Shown: positions 1 to 10,319, counted from the stretch's first letter. The stretch is 64,000 nucleotides of DNA from Candidatus Spongiisociaceae bacterium (GCA_965219685.1 CBDCOH010000002.1:4096001-4160000); one strand, 5' to 3'. Notes: generated from the letters alone by a model not told the origin. Numbers and translations: made by a program.

Positions 1-80
1 GCTTGTGCTCTGCATAACAGAGAGTATACAGGAAAGTATGCACCCGAACTCCACTAAGTGGCCGGATGATGACGGCCGGA

Positions 81-129
81 CACCATTCACCATTCACCAT
101 TCACCACTCACCACTCACCACTCACCAAC
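81..129. repeat. Heptamer tandem array CACCA(T/C)T x7
   Basis: caccatt x3, caccact x3, caccaac read directly. Confidence 0.95.
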
Positions 130-143
130 TACCCTGCCCGCTC

Positions 144-1157
144 ATGGCCTCCCGGTCCCATATCGGCTTGTCGCGAGCGCTGGCTCCTTCCACCGGATCC
201 TGGGCGCGGTTGGTCAGGAGGGCTGAGGCTGCCGGCCTGGGTCAGGTGAACAGCGCCGATACGGCGGGCGCCGACTGCTTCGTGGACGGTGGCGTCGCGT
301 TGGCCGTTACGTCGTCGATCAGCCTTGCCGTGTCGGTGGCTTTACCCACGCGTTCGCCGTTGCAGACGGCCATCGCTGCGGGATCGTTGGCGGATCTGGC
401 GCCCGGTCGGGTGACTCTCGGGTTGGGTATCGGCAGCCTGGACACCAACGAGGTCCGGCATGGCGCGGGATACGCCCCTCCGATGCCGAGGATGAAGGAC
501 TTCCTGCGCGCGGTCAGCGCCCTGCTCCGGCATCCGACCGGCGAACCGGTGACGCACGAAGGGCCCTATTACCGGGCGGTCGGGACGGGAATGGGTTTCG
601 AGCCGGACGCGCTTCCCATTGTCTTGGGTGCCCACGGGCCTCGGATGACCGAGTTGGCAGCCGAGGAGACAGACGGGGTGATCGTTCACATCTTCACTCC
701 CCTGCAGACTCTCGCGGAGCGGTTAGCGCTAGCGGCGCGCATTCGCCCGGATCCCTTCCGGGTCGGAGTCGGGCGCCCGGTCGCCGTTCACGAAGACCTC
801 GACCGAGCCATGGAACTGGCCCGCCTGGAGTTGGCCGGTGTGCTTTCGATTCCAAGATTCCAGCCGCGGCTTGTCGAACTGCGAGGGGAGGAGGGGGCCG
901 CCGAACCGCTCAGCCTCCTGCGCGAGGGCAGGGCGGCTGCTGCGGTCGGCGCCATCGACGACGACCTGGTCCACGAGTTCGTCACCGTGGCCGAGCCAGG
1001 CCGCATCGTTGGCGAACTCGCCGAGATCGCCAGTGTGGACACCGTGGTACCGGTTCCTGCCGGTATCTTTGCTCCTATCGTGGCGGCGGGGCTGGGATTC
1101 GACATGGGTGGCTTCGAGGAGTCGCGGGCGGCCCTGGTGGAGGCTCTCCTCGGGTGA
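144..1157 (+). CDS. LLM class flavin/F420-dependent oxidoreductase
   Basis: PGRVTLGLGIG, LGAHGPRMTELAAEETDG motifs; start moved to ATG144 because the upstream ORF part is translated repeat. Confidence 0.85.
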   Translation: MASRSHIGLSRALAPSTGSWARLVRRAEAAGLGQVNSADTAGADCFVDGGVALAVTSSISLAVSVALPTRSPLQTAIAAGSLADLAPGRVTLGLGIGSLDTNEVRHGAGYAPPMPRMKDFLRAVSALLRHPTGEPVTHEGPYYRAVGTGMGFEPDALPIVLGAHGPRMTELAAEETDGVIVHIFTPLQTLAERLALAARIRPDPFRVGVGRPVAVHEDLDRAMELARLELAGVLSIPRFQPRLVELRGEEGAAEPLSLLREGRAAAAVGAIDDDLVHEFVTVAEPGRIVGELAEIASVDTVVPVPAGIFAPIVAAGLGFDMGGFEESRAALVEALLG

Positions 1158-1167
1158 AGGAGGAAAC

Positions 1168-2124
1168 GTGGTAGGAGCCATGGAATACGTCACCGTCGGC
1201 GTTTCCGACCTGGACGAGTCGGTCCGGCTCTTCCGAGATGTGATGGAACTCGACGTGGAATCGGAGTACGTTCCGTCTGTACAGCTGCTGTCCCTGTGGG
1301 GGGTGGAGGGCATCGAGGGGGCACGGGTAGTGGAGTTGTCGTGTTCCGGCTATCCGGTGGGACGGCTTCGCCTGCTTGCCACAACCCCGCCCCGCACCGT
1401 CCGCGTACGCGACGATCACGGCGGCCCCGACACAGCCACCGATGTGGGGGTCAAGGCGATCGACTTCTACGTGCGGCCACCGATCAGGCACTGGATCGAC
1501 ACGCTTGAGAACGCCGGCTGCCGGGCGCGTTCGGAGCCCATACGCTGGGAGATCGGGACGGTGGAGAGCGAGGAGATCAACATCTCCGGTCCGGACGGTT
1601 ACCCGATGCTGCTGATGGTGGCCTGGCGCCATCCGGAGGCCTTCCGTCGCAGGTTCGACGCGGCAAAGCCGTTCAGCGAGGTAGCCACCACCTCGGTGGT
1701 GTGCGGAGACCTGGACGCCAGCCGGCACTTCTACGGCGAGGTGCTCGGACTCACCAAGTTCACCGACGACGAGGTCGAGGACGAGTACCGGGAACTGGCC
1801 GACACGCTGACCGGCGTGCCTTCCGGGACCCGCGTCCGTTTGATCCTCTACGGGGCCGAAGGCGAACCGAGCGGGAAACTTCTCCTCGTCCACTTCTACG
1901 AGGCGTCGGTGCGGAGGCTGGAAGGCCGGATGCGTCCCTATCATCTGGGGGTGGCGATGTTCACCCATACGACGGGCGATCTCGAGGCTCTGCATCGTCG
2001 GGTTCTCGCTTCGGGGTACCCGGTACTCGCGGGTCCTGCCGAGGTTCCTGAGTACCGGGGTCGGGTGATGGTCATGGCCGGACCCAACGACGAGTTGTTC
2101 GAGATCATCGAAGCGGCCGGTTGA
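1168..2124 (+). CDS. Two-domain VOC (glyoxalase-like) protein
   Basis: VTVGVSDLDESVRLFRDVM; DLDASRHFYGEVLGL; GPNDELFEIIE; GGAGG before GTG1168 (ATG1180 alternative). Confidence 0.85.
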   Translation: MVGAMEYVTVGVSDLDESVRLFRDVMELDVESEYVPSVQLLSLWGVEGIEGARVVELSCSGYPVGRLRLLATTPPRTVRVRDDHGGPDTATDVGVKAIDFYVRPPIRHWIDTLENAGCRARSEPIRWEIGTVESEEINISGPDGYPMLLMVAWRHPEAFRRRFDAAKPFSEVATTSVVCGDLDASRHFYGEVLGLTKFTDDEVEDEYRELADTLTGVPSGTRVRLILYGAEGEPSGKLLLVHFYEASVRRLEGRMRPYHLGVAMFTHTTGDLEALHRRVLASGYPVLAGPAEVPEYRGRVMVMAGPNDELFEIIEAAG

Positions 2125-3872
2125 CAGCCATTTCGCAGCCGGGAAGGAGCCTCCGACAGATGGAAATCAAACGCCGTTACGTCTACGCAGGAGACCGCAG
2201 GGTGCACTACCGCCGGGCCGGCTCCGGACCGCCGCTCGTGATGCTGCATGCCTCGCCGGGCAGTTCCTACGTGCTCGAACCGTTGATCGCTCTGCTGGCC
2301 GGTTCGAGGACCGTCATCGCCATAGACACGCCCGGATACGGGGAGTCGGAGGGCCTGGGGATCGACGAACCCGAGATCGACGCCTTTGCAGTTGCTCTGG
2401 TCGACACCCTGGACGCCCTTGGGCTTGGAAGGTTCGACCTCTACGGAACGCATACCGGCTCGAAGATCGCGGTCGAGTTCGCGGGCAACAACCCCGGACG
2501 GGTGCGGCGCCTGGTGCTGGACGGGATCGGCGCCTACACGCCCGAGGAGAGAGCCGACCTGCTCGCCAACTACACCATCGACCTCTCGCCCGAATGGGAC
2601 GGCACGCACCTGATCCGGGCCTGGGCGATGCGGCGCGACATGCACATGTTCTGGCCCTGGTTCAGCAGGGACGGTGACCACCGCATGCCGATGGACATCC
2701 CGTCCGCCGACGAGATGCACGACCACTTCGTCGACTTCCTGAGGGCCATCCCCGACTACGGGAAGGCCTATCGAGCCTCGTTCCGCTACAACGTCCCGCA
2801 AGGAATGGGCCGCCTCACCATGCCTACGCTCATGATCGCCCTCCCCGCCGATCCCCTTTACCAGTACCTGGCGGGCGGCGCCGATCTCGGGGACCACGTG
2901 ACCGTGGAGACAAGCGCAACCGACGTGGGGAGGCTTGCCGAACTCACCGCCCACTTCCTGGGCGAGGGTGGCCAACTCCCGGACGCGTCCCCGGAGACCG
3001 AGCCCGAGGCGGTGCCGGGCTCCCTGCGGCGGCGCTTCGTCGAGGTATCGATAGGGGCTCTCCACGTCCACTGGAGCAGTGGGGAAGGCCGACCCCTCGT
3101 GATGCTTCATGCCTCCCCGACTTCGGCGCGGAATCTGGATCCGCTGACCGCGCGCTTTGCCGCCATGCGACCGGTGATTGCATTCGACAATCCCGGCAAC
3201 GGGGACTCGTCGGCGGTACCGGGCGAGCCGGAGATCGCCGATCTCGCCGAGGTGCTCGTGGAAGGGCTCGACGCGCTGGGAGTGGGAGACTTCGACCTGT
3301 ACGGTTCGCACACCGGGGCGCACATCGCCATCGAGATGGCGATCAGCCAGGGTTCCCGCGTCTCAGGCCTGATCCTCGACGGGATCATCCCCTACGAGGA
3401 GTCCCAGGCCCGGGAGTGGCTTGACCGGTACCCGCCGCCCATGGTTCCGGACCGCCACGGGAGCCACCTGGTTTGGGCGTGGAACTTCATGCGGGACCAG
3501 GTGGTCTTCTGGCCGTGGTTCTCCCAGAAGGCTGAGAATGTCCGCCACGGTGCCTCCATGCCCGACCCGGAAGTGCTCCACGACCGGGTTCTCGAGATGC
3601 TGAAGGGGGGCCGCACCTATCACCATCAGTACGCGGCCGCCTTCCGCTACCGAACCCAGGAGAGACTCCCGCTGGTCGGCGTTCCGACGCTGGTTTGCGC
3701 CGGCCCCACCGACCCGCTGCTGGAGCACCTCGCGGCGGTTCCCGACATCCTGCCCGAGGCCGAGGTGCTGGCCCACCCGGGGCTGGCGACCGCGACCGAT
3801 GCGGACGACACCGTTTTCGAGTTCGTCCGGTTCCTCTCTCCGGAGCGGCTGGTCGTTGACCATGTCGGATAG
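2121..3872 (+). CDS. Tandem (two-domain) alpha/beta hydrolase-fold protein
   Basis: Two repeats of LVMLHASP..D(T/N)PG.G.S..YG(T/S)HTG..FWPWF; start may be ATG2160. Confidence 0.9.
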   Translation: MTAISQPGRSLRQMEIKRRYVYAGDRRVHYRRAGSGPPLVMLHASPGSSYVLEPLIALLAGSRTVIAIDTPGYGESEGLGIDEPEIDAFAVALVDTLDALGLGRFDLYGTHTGSKIAVEFAGNNPGRVRRLVLDGIGAYTPEERADLLANYTIDLSPEWDGTHLIRAWAMRRDMHMFWPWFSRDGDHRMPMDIPSADEMHDHFVDFLRAIPDYGKAYRASFRYNVPQGMGRLTMPTLMIALPADPLYQYLAGGADLGDHVTVETSATDVGRLAELTAHFLGEGGQLPDASPETEPEAVPGSLRRRFVEVSIGALHVHWSSGEGRPLVMLHASPTSARNLDPLTARFAAMRPVIAFDNPGNGDSSAVPGEPEIADLAEVLVEGLDALGVGDFDLYGSHTGAHIAIEMAISQGSRVSGLILDGIIPYEESQAREWLDRYPPPMVPDRHGSHLVWAWNFMRDQVVFWPWFSQKAENVRHGASMPDPEVLHDRVLEMLKGGRTYHHQYAAAFRYRTQERLPLVGVPTLVCAGPTDPLLEHLAAVPDILPEAEVLAHPGLATATDADDTVFEFVRFLSPERLVVDHVG

Positions 3873-4806
3873 GGGCACCCGACTGGTCGCGGCGATGATC
3901 AGCACATCGGAGGCGGATCGCCACGTCGAACTGTTTCGTGATGTGCTCGGCATGGACGTGGTGTCAGAACAGGTCCTGTCGGGTAGCGAGGCGAGATCGC
4001 TCTGGGCGGTGGATGTGCGCTCGGCCCGGGTCACGATGCTCACCACCCCGCCAAGCTACGCGGGCGTGGCCCTCGTGGAGTTCGATCCGGCCTCCGAGGT
4101 CGTGATCCGCGAAGGCATGCAGGGGATCGACATTGAGGCCTTGAAGGTCATCGATGTCGTGACCTCCGATGCGGGGGCCGGCTTCGCCCGGTTCGAGGAA
4201 GCCGGCTTCGTGGTGTCGGATGTGAGGTCCAGTTACGAGATCGAGGATGGGGCGGTTACCGAGACCCACGCGTACGGTCCCGAGGGGGTCGTGATCGGCA
4301 TCCTCGACTTCCACACCATCGACGCGTCCAGGTTCGTGGAGTTGACCGATCGCCTGTTCTCGGAGGCGATGAGCATCTCGGTGCCGGTCGACGACCTGGA
4401 TCCCGTTGTCGAGTGGTACGACCGGGTTCTGGACCTCGAAGTGGTGCACCGCTACGGCTTTGACGCCGAGAGCTTCAAGGACCTGGTCGGAACCGATTCT
4501 GCCGCCTGGAACGTCAGGGGCACCAACATCGGCCGTACGACCCAGGAGTTCTACTTCGGGGTCATCGACTACGGAACCGGGGACACGACTCGGCGGTCGC
4601 TGCGGGACAGGGCCCGGCCTCCCAACCGGGGGATCGCCGGCGCGGTGTGCACGGTCGCCGATCTCGGCAGGGTCGTGTCGGCGGCCAAACCGGACGAGAT
4701 GATCGCGGGGCCGGTTGAACTCGCGCTCGGGCCTTGGGGCCGTGCCCCGGCGACAACCCTTGTGGCCCCACACGGCATCGTCCACACGGTCGTGGAGGCC
4801 CCTTGA
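3862..4806 (+). CDS. Two-domain VOC protein
   Basis: LFRDVLGM, DDLDPVVEWYDRVLDL, APHGIVHTVVE; overlaps upstream stop. Confidence 0.8.
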   Translation: MSDRGTRLVAAMISTSEADRHVELFRDVLGMDVVSEQVLSGSEARSLWAVDVRSARVTMLTTPPSYAGVALVEFDPASEVVIREGMQGIDIEALKVIDVVTSDAGAGFARFEEAGFVVSDVRSSYEIEDGAVTETHAYGPEGVVIGILDFHTIDASRFVELTDRLFSEAMSISVPVDDLDPVVEWYDRVLDLEVVHRYGFDAESFKDLVGTDSAAWNVRGTNIGRTTQEFYFGVIDYGTGDTTRRSLRDRARPPNRGIAGAVCTVADLGRVVSAAKPDEMIAGPVELALGPWGRAPATTLVAPHGIVHTVVEAP

Positions 4807-5720
4807 GCCGGGGCTTCTCTCATGCGATCGTCGGCGTCGCCGGTATGGGCGATGCACTGGACCTGTGGGTGACCACGTTCGGTCTGTCGGTGATTCGCCA
4901 GGTCGAGGGTGCAGATCCCGGCTTGGAGACCCTGTGGGAGTTGCCTAACGGCAGCATCCGGCGTCAAGCGCTGGTGGGGATGCCCGGAGCGGAGACCGGC
5001 CGGCTGCACCTCGTCGAGTTCACGGACCCGAAAGCGGCGGTGCGTGAAGGGGCCCGTCCCTTCGACCTCTGCCCGAAGAACCTGGATGTCAGGCTCACCG
5101 GCATGCGGGACCGCTACGAAGAACTGGTGAGGGCCGGCTGGGCGATGGGCTCGGCTCCCGTCCGGATGCCGGTCGACACGATGCAGATATACGAGGTTCA
5201 GCTCAAGGGACCGGACGTGACCAACCTGTCGCTCGTGGAGGTGGTCGGGGATGGTCTCCCGTACACGCCTCAGGGATACGTGGCGGTCACCCAGGTGGTC
5301 GGCACCAACTCGGACAACCCCGCCGAGAGAGCGTTCTTTGAGGACGTGTTCGAACTGGAGCACCTCGACTACCACCTGTTCGAGGGCCCGGAGGTGGAAC
5401 GCATGGTCGGTCTCCCGGCCGGGGCCAAACTCGACATGCACATTCTCGGTGACCCGCGTGACGAGTTGGGCAAGATCGAAATCGTGCAGTACGTGGGTGT
5501 CCGCGGGACCGACCTCTATCCGGTTGCCCGCCCACCCGCGTGCGGGTTCCTCGGAGTCGCTTTCGACACCGCCGACATCGACGCGCTGGCGGCCCGGGCC
5601 GAAGCCGGGGGTCACCCGATCGAGTCGCTGCCGACGGTGGAGACCGTGATCGGTGGAGGCCGCCGCCTTGCGGTCACCAGCCCCGCCGGGTGGCGGGTCG
5701 AAGTGAGTGGTGAGTGGTGA
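4803..5720 (+). CDS. Two-domain VOC protein
   Basis: SHAIVGV, GRLHLVEF, FFEDVFEL, SPAGWRVE; TTG4803 coupled to upstream TGA. Confidence 0.8.
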   Translation: MSRGFSHAIVGVAGMGDALDLWVTTFGLSVIRQVEGADPGLETLWELPNGSIRRQALVGMPGAETGRLHLVEFTDPKAAVREGARPFDLCPKNLDVRLTGMRDRYEELVRAGWAMGSAPVRMPVDTMQIYEVQLKGPDVTNLSLVEVVGDGLPYTPQGYVAVTQVVGTNSDNPAERAFFEDVFELEHLDYHLFEGPEVERMVGLPAGAKLDMHILGDPRDELGKIEIVQYVGVRGTDLYPVARPPACGFLGVAFDTADIDALAARAEAGGHPIESLPTVETVIGGGRRLAVTSPAGWRVEVSGEW

Positions 5721-5733
5721 GTGGTGAGTGGTG
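5703..5733. repeat. Heptamer array GTGAGTG x4
   Basis: Reverse complement of the CACCACT unit; supplies the VOC gene stop codon. Confidence 0.9.
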
Positions 5734-5805
5734 CCATTGAGAGGTGGTGTGCCTCCGGCATCCAACGTGATAGCGTGATCGAGACTTCCGGCTAGGTGGT
5801 GCGAA

Positions 5806-6213
5806 GTGGATCCTGAACTGAGAGAAGCGATCGAGAAGATCCATACTCCGGCCGGGTGGGTCCATCTGGCCACGATCGGTCCCGACGGCAGTCCACATGT
5901 TGCGCCGATGATGATGGGACTGGGCGACGGGTGCCTCCTGTTCAGCCTCACGGGCAAGCAGAAGAAGCGCAATCTCGAGCGCGACCCGCGGGCCACGGTG
6001 TCGCTGGCTCAGACCGGCACGCTGGCGCATGTGATCGCCTGGGGTTCTGTCGAGATGCGCCACGATGACGAGGCCCACGGTCTCTGGGCGGACATGATCA
6101 AGGACGCCTTCGGTGACTCCGGCTACGTCGACCGGAAGCGTCCGTTGAGCCTGGAGGGAACCAGTCTGGGCGTCATGACGGTGGCCCGTCACCGGGTGTA
6201 CGGCATCGAGTGA
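5806..6213 (+). CDS. PPOX-class (pyridoxamine 5'-phosphate oxidase-like) F420/flavin-binding protein
   Basis: LATIGPDGSPHVAPM, KKRNLERDPRATVS. Confidence 0.85.
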   Translation: MDPELREAIEKIHTPAGWVHLATIGPDGSPHVAPMMMGLGDGCLLFSLTGKQKKRNLERDPRATVSLAQTGTLAHVIAWGSVEMRHDDEAHGLWADMIKDAFGDSGYVDRKRPLSLEGTSLGVMTVARHRVYGIE

Positions 6214-7013
6214 CCGTCGCGGTTCGCAGGGCATACGCGGACTCCCGCCACGGGCAACTGCACTATCGAGTCGCCGGAGCGAAAGGCACCGACGGTACTC
6301 CCCTGATGTGTTTCCACCTGAGTCCCGTGTCCGGCATCATCTACGAGAGGCTGCTGTCCGAGATCGGGAAGGACCGGCTGGCGGTGGCGCCCGACAATCC
6401 CGGCTTCGGAGGCTCCGATCCACCCTGCTCGCCTCCCACGATCGGTGACTATGCCGCGGTGATGGGGGAGTTCGCCGACTCGTTGGGGCTGGGATCGGTG
6501 GACGTGATCGGCTACCACACGGGTGCCAAGATCGGCATCGAACTCTCGCTGCAGCGGCCCGAGTTGGTGCGCAAGCTGGTCCTGGTCTCGACTCCCGTCT
6601 ACACCGAGGAGGAACTGGCCCGCCAGCACGCGACGCTCGGCAAGCCGAGTTGGTTCGACGAGGGAGGCGCCCACCTTCTGGAGGTGTGGGACGGTCACTG
6701 GGAGTGGCGCGGACCCGGCCAGACCATCGAGATGGTCCACCAGACGGTGGCCGAGGTCTTCCGGGCCGGTAGCAGGACCTGGTGGGGCCATCGGGCGGCC
6801 TTCGAGTACCGGATGGGCGACCGGCTCCCGCTGGTCACCCACCCGACCTTGGTCCTGTGCCCGCACGACGACCTTCTCGAGCCCACGAGACGTTCCGAGC
6901 CGCTCATCCGCAACGGACGCCTCCTCGAACTGCCAGGTTGGGGTCACGGCATGATGGACGTCCACACCGAGGACTTCGCCTCCATTGTCAGGGGGTTTTT
7001 GGACAACGGCTAA
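6210..7013 (+). CDS. Alpha/beta hydrolase-fold protein
   Basis: GQLHYR, FHLSP, DNPGFGGSD, GYHTG elbow, GWGHG. Confidence 0.9.
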   Translation: MTVAVRRAYADSRHGQLHYRVAGAKGTDGTPLMCFHLSPVSGIIYERLLSEIGKDRLAVAPDNPGFGGSDPPCSPPTIGDYAAVMGEFADSLGLGSVDVIGYHTGAKIGIELSLQRPELVRKLVLVSTPVYTEEELARQHATLGKPSWFDEGGAHLLEVWDGHWEWRGPGQTIEMVHQTVAEVFRAGSRTWWGHRAAFEYRMGDRLPLVTHPTLVLCPHDDLLEPTRRSEPLIRNGRLLELPGWGHGMMDVHTEDFASIVRGFLDNG

Positions 7014-7105
7014 TGATCTGAGGAGGCTCGGTTCTGCACGTCGTGTCGAGGCTCGTACTCCCCTGTCTGGATATACTGCGCGCTTTTCGTATATATACTC
7101 GCCGT

Positions 7106-7300
7106 ATGGGAAAGCACTTGGTAGACATAGATGAGAAGGCCTTGAGCGCGGCTCGCGCCGAGATGGGAACGGTAACGATCAAGGAAACGGTGAACAGGGC
7201 ACTGCGCCTCGCTGTCTCGGCCCGTGACGCCCGGGTGGCAAGCGCTCTCGATGTCCTCGCTGATGCCGAGTACCAGGAACGTTCTCAGGCGTGGCGTTGA
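7106..7300 (+). CDS. vapB: VapB-type antitoxin
   Basis: HLVDIDEKALSAARAEMGTVTIKETVNRALR; overlaps PIN gene; AT-rich upstream region. Confidence 0.85.
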   Translation: MGKHLVDIDEKALSAARAEMGTVTIKETVNRALRLAVSARDARVASALDVLADAEYQERSQAWR

Positions 7301-7704
7301 GCCATCTCCTGGATACAAGCGTTTTGACCCGCCTCAAGCAGCCGCTGGTGAGAGCGGTTGTCGAACCGCTCGTCGCCAGTGGCCGAGGCGCCCGTGCCGC
7401 CATCAGCGATCTCGAGATCGGATTCATGGCGCGCAACGAGGCCGAGTGGGACAGCCGTATGCGTGCGCTCGAGGTTCTGGTACGCGTCGAGACCACGGCT
7501 CAGCACGTTCGAAGGGCACAACAGGTCCAGCGCATGCTGGCCTCCAGAAGTCAGAGAGGTCGCAAGATTCCCGACTTGCTCGTAGCAGCCGCAGCGGAAG
7601 AGGTGGGCTATACGATATTGCACTACGACCGGGACTTTGACCTGATCTCCTCGGTTACCGGACAGTCTTGTGAGTGGGTATCCCCGCCGGGAACGATCGA
7701 CTAA
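7291..7704 (+). CDS. vapC: PIN-domain VapC toxin
   Basis: LLDTSV, DLLVAAAAE, LHYDRDF. Confidence 0.92.
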   Translation: MALSHLLDTSVLTRLKQPLVRAVVEPLVASGRGARAAISDLEIGFMARNEAEWDSRMRALEVLVRVETTAQHVRRAQQVQRMLASRSQRGRKIPDLLVAAAAEEVGYTILHYDRDFDLISSVTGQSCEWVSPPGTID

Positions 7705-7723
7705 ACGTGTATAGCATCTGTCT

Positions 7724-7975
7724 GTGACCTTCATCATCACCGAGGCTTGTATCGACGAGAAGGACGCCTCGTGTGTCGACGTCTGTCCCGTGGACTGCAT
7801 CCACGAGGGTGACGACCAGTTTTACATCGACCCCATCGAGTGCGTCGACTGCTACGCCTGCGTGCCCGTGTGCCCCGTCAAGGCGATCTATCCCGAGGAC
7901 GAGGTCCCGGAGCGCGACGCCGCGTACATCGACAAGAACTACCTGTACTTCGACGTTTCGCCGCCACATCGCTGA
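7724..7975 (+). CDS. Dicluster ferredoxin (FdxA-like)
   Basis: CVDVCPVDC and CVDCYACVPVCP. Confidence 0.93.
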   Translation: MTFIITEACIDEKDASCVDVCPVDCIHEGDDQFYIDPIECVDCYACVPVCPVKAIYPEDEVPERDAAYIDKNYLYFDVSPPHR

Positions 7976-7984
7976 CCTGCCGAC

Positions 7985-8656
7985 GTGAAGCACCGGACCG
8001 TCACAGGACGCATCGCCTACCGGCGGTTCGACGGCTTGGTCCGGGGGCACGAGAGTTTCCACCTCACCGTCCACACCGACGGCGACCGGACCATCCGAGC
8101 CGTATCGGAAATCTACGACTCGGGCATCCTTCGGGATGTCACCTACACGGTGGACCGGAACTGGCGTCCGAAGGACGCGGCGATCCGGCTTAGGATCCAC
8201 GACCGGTTCGTCGGGTCGAGTTGGTTCCGTTTCGATGGGCGGGATGCGGAGTGCGAGGCGTTCCTGGCCGACGGAGGGCGGATCAGCCAGCACGTAGTCC
8301 TCGACGTCCCGCCCGACAGCTTCAACCCCCATCCCGTACAGGCCGATATGTGGCACTTCGCGGCCTACCGCCACGACGACGAACGGGTGCAGACCATGAG
8401 AGTGCTCACCGCCTCGCCGCTCTACGACGGTGGGTCTGGACCGTTGCTCGCCACCCTTGATGTTCCGATCGAGTACGTGGGCCCGGAGGAGGTGACCGTT
8501 GCGGCGGGGTCCTTTCAGGCTGAGCACTTCCGGTTCATCCACGCCAACGACTGGCCTCCCCAGGATGCGTGGTGCTGGGGGGACGACCTGATCCTGGTGC
8601 GGATGGACTGGGATTACACCGAAACGACCTACGAACTGTTAGTTGTTAGTGGGTAG
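7985..8656 (+). CDS. Uncharacterised beta-rich protein, paralog 1 of 3
   Basis: H.T..GRI.Y, GHESF, RDVTYTVD, PHPVQADMWH, GPEEVTVAAGSF, TTYEL shared with 9612 and 57344 genes. Confidence 0.8.
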   Translation: MKHRTVTGRIAYRRFDGLVRGHESFHLTVHTDGDRTIRAVSEIYDSGILRDVTYTVDRNWRPKDAAIRLRIHDRFVGSSWFRFDGRDAECEAFLADGGRISQHVVLDVPPDSFNPHPVQADMWHFAAYRHDDERVQTMRVLTASPLYDGGSGPLLATLDVPIEYVGPEEVTVAAGSFQAEHFRFIHANDWPPQDAWCWGDDLILVRMDWDYTETTYELLVVSG

Positions 8657-8678
8657 TTTTTAGTTGTCAGCTGGTGGC
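8637..8678. repeat. Degenerate heptamer array (TGTTAGT-like)
   Basis: tgttagt tgttagt gggtagt ttttagt tgtcagc tggtggc between convergent genes; includes stop TAG. Confidence 0.7.
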
Positions 8679-8682
8679 AAGG

Positions 8683-9615
8683 TTAGGGTCCGACCTTGAG
8701 CGGGAGGTCGGGGTTACGGCCCCACTCGCTCATCGAACCGTCGTAAACGGCTACACCCTCGTGGCCGAGAAGCAGCAGGGCGAATGCGTTGGTCGTGGCT
8801 GATATGCCCCCGCCGCAATAGGTAATAATCCGTTCCGACTCAAGGACGCCCGCCTCCTCGAAATGGGCGCGCAGCTCATCGGCGGGCTTGAAGGTCCGTT
8901 TGTCGGGATCGGCCAGGTCGGCGGCATATACGTTCACGCTGCCTTCTATGTGCCCTCGCCGGTGATAGTTGGGTATCAGGCGCTCGCCCGAGTGCACCGC
9001 AGGCGCGAGAGCATTGACGAGGCTCGTCCGGGGGTCGTCCAGGGCGCCCAACACCTCATCCAAGCCGACTATGAACGGAGTCCCTTCTGCCGCAACGAAC
9101 CGGGCGCGAGGATGGGACACCCTCTCAGCCGTCAGCGGTCGTCCCTCCTGGCTCCACTTGTCGAAACCGCCGTTGAGCACCCGCACGTTGTCGAATCCGA
9201 AGCAGTGGAACATCAAGAAGATGCGGGTCGCCCAATAGTTGATCCCCCGGCTGTAGACGACGACGTCGTGCTCGTTGCCAACACCCTTCCCGGCCATCAC
9301 GCGTTCGAAACGGGACGGCGTTGGCAGCATGAATCTCAGGTAGGGGTGGTCACCCGCCAACTCATCCGAAAGGTCCACGTACACGGATCCCGGAATGTGT
9401 GCTTCGAGATACGCGTCCAACCCCGACCGGACGATGTATCCGCCATCGGGCTGCCGGTCCAGGATGATGTCGCAGTCGATGATGCGGAGGCCGGGTTCGC
9501 CCAGGCGGGCTTCAAGTTCCGCGGTCTCGATCAGGAGTTCAGGCCGGACATAGCCGTGAGATTCGGGGACTGTGGCCGGGCTCGTCTCGCCTCCGGGTTG
9601 CGTCGCCGCGTTCAA
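8683..9615 (-). CDS. Tandem rhodanese sulfurtransferase (SseA-like)
   Basis: HIPGSVY, VLNGG, YCGGGISA, YDGSMSEW; TTG9615 coupled to upstream stop. Confidence 0.92.
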   Translation of the reverse strand: MNAATQPGGETSPATVPESHGYVRPELLIETAELEARLGEPGLRIIDCDIILDRQPDGGYIVRSGLDAYLEAHIPGSVYVDLSDELAGDHPYLRFMLPTPSRFERVMAGKGVGNEHDVVVYSRGINYWATRIFLMFHCFGFDNVRVLNGGFDKWSQEGRPLTAERVSHPRARFVAAEGTPFIVGLDEVLGALDDPRTSLVNALAPAVHSGERLIPNYHRRGHIEGSVNVYAADLADPDKRTFKPADELRAHFEEAGVLESERIITYCGGGISATTNAFALLLLGHEGVAVYDGSMSEWGRNPDLPLKVGP

Positions 9616-10319
9616 CGTTCCAACTCGACGAGTTCGTAGGTGGTGGCCATCACGTCGAAACGGACCTTGACGATTATCAGGTCTCCCGGAATGCACCAGA
9701 TGTCCTCGGGAATCGATTCCTCGCCGAGCAGGAACCTGAAGTGTTCCGTCTCGAAGGTTCCGGCGTCCACCGTGACCGTTTCCGGTCCCACGTGTTCGAT
9801 GCGGAACTCGTCCGTGCTGACTCCAGCCGTCTCGAGCACGGTCCTGCTCAGGATGGGACCCGAAGCGCCGTCCGGTCGCGGCGAGCTCATCAGCGTCCCC
9901 TTGATGGTCTGGATCCTGGCCTCGCTGCCCATGTCGAAGGCGCCGATGTGCCAGACGTCGCATGCCACGGGGTGCGGGCCGAATGAGGGCGGGAGGCCGT
10001 TCAGCCTCATCCGTTGGGAGATGCGTCCGGCATCGGCGGTGTAGGTCTCGCACTCGGCGTACTCGTCGGTGAAGCGGAACCATCCACTCCCCATGAACTT
10101 GTCGTTCTCGGTGAGCCTGACGAATGCGTCCACCGGCTGCCAATTGACGTCGACGGTGTAGGTCACGTCCCGCACGAGGCCGGTGTTGAGCACCTCCACG
10201 AAGGAGCGGATCGTCCGGTGGCCGTCGCCGTGCTTCGTTACGGTGAACCACTCACGGCCCCGCTCACCCAGGGTGTCGCTGCGGTACACCACCTTGCCGC
10301 GGTAGGTCTGATGCTTCAT
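9612..10319 (-). CDS. Uncharacterised beta-rich protein, paralog 2 of 3
   Basis: MKHQTYRGKVVY, GREWF, RDVTYTVD, PHPVACDVWH, TTYELVEL; GGAGG upstream. Confidence 0.8.
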   Translation of the reverse strand: MKHQTYRGKVVYRSDTLGERGREWFTVTKHGDGHRTIRSFVEVLNTGLVRDVTYTVDVNWQPVDAFVRLTENDKFMGSGWFRFTDEYAECETYTADAGRISQRMRLNGLPPSFGPHPVACDVWHIGAFDMGSEARIQTIKGTLMSSPRPDGASGPILSRTVLETAGVSTDEFRIEHVGPETVTVDAGTFETEHFRFLLGEESIPEDIWCIPGDLIIVKVRFDVMATTYELVELER

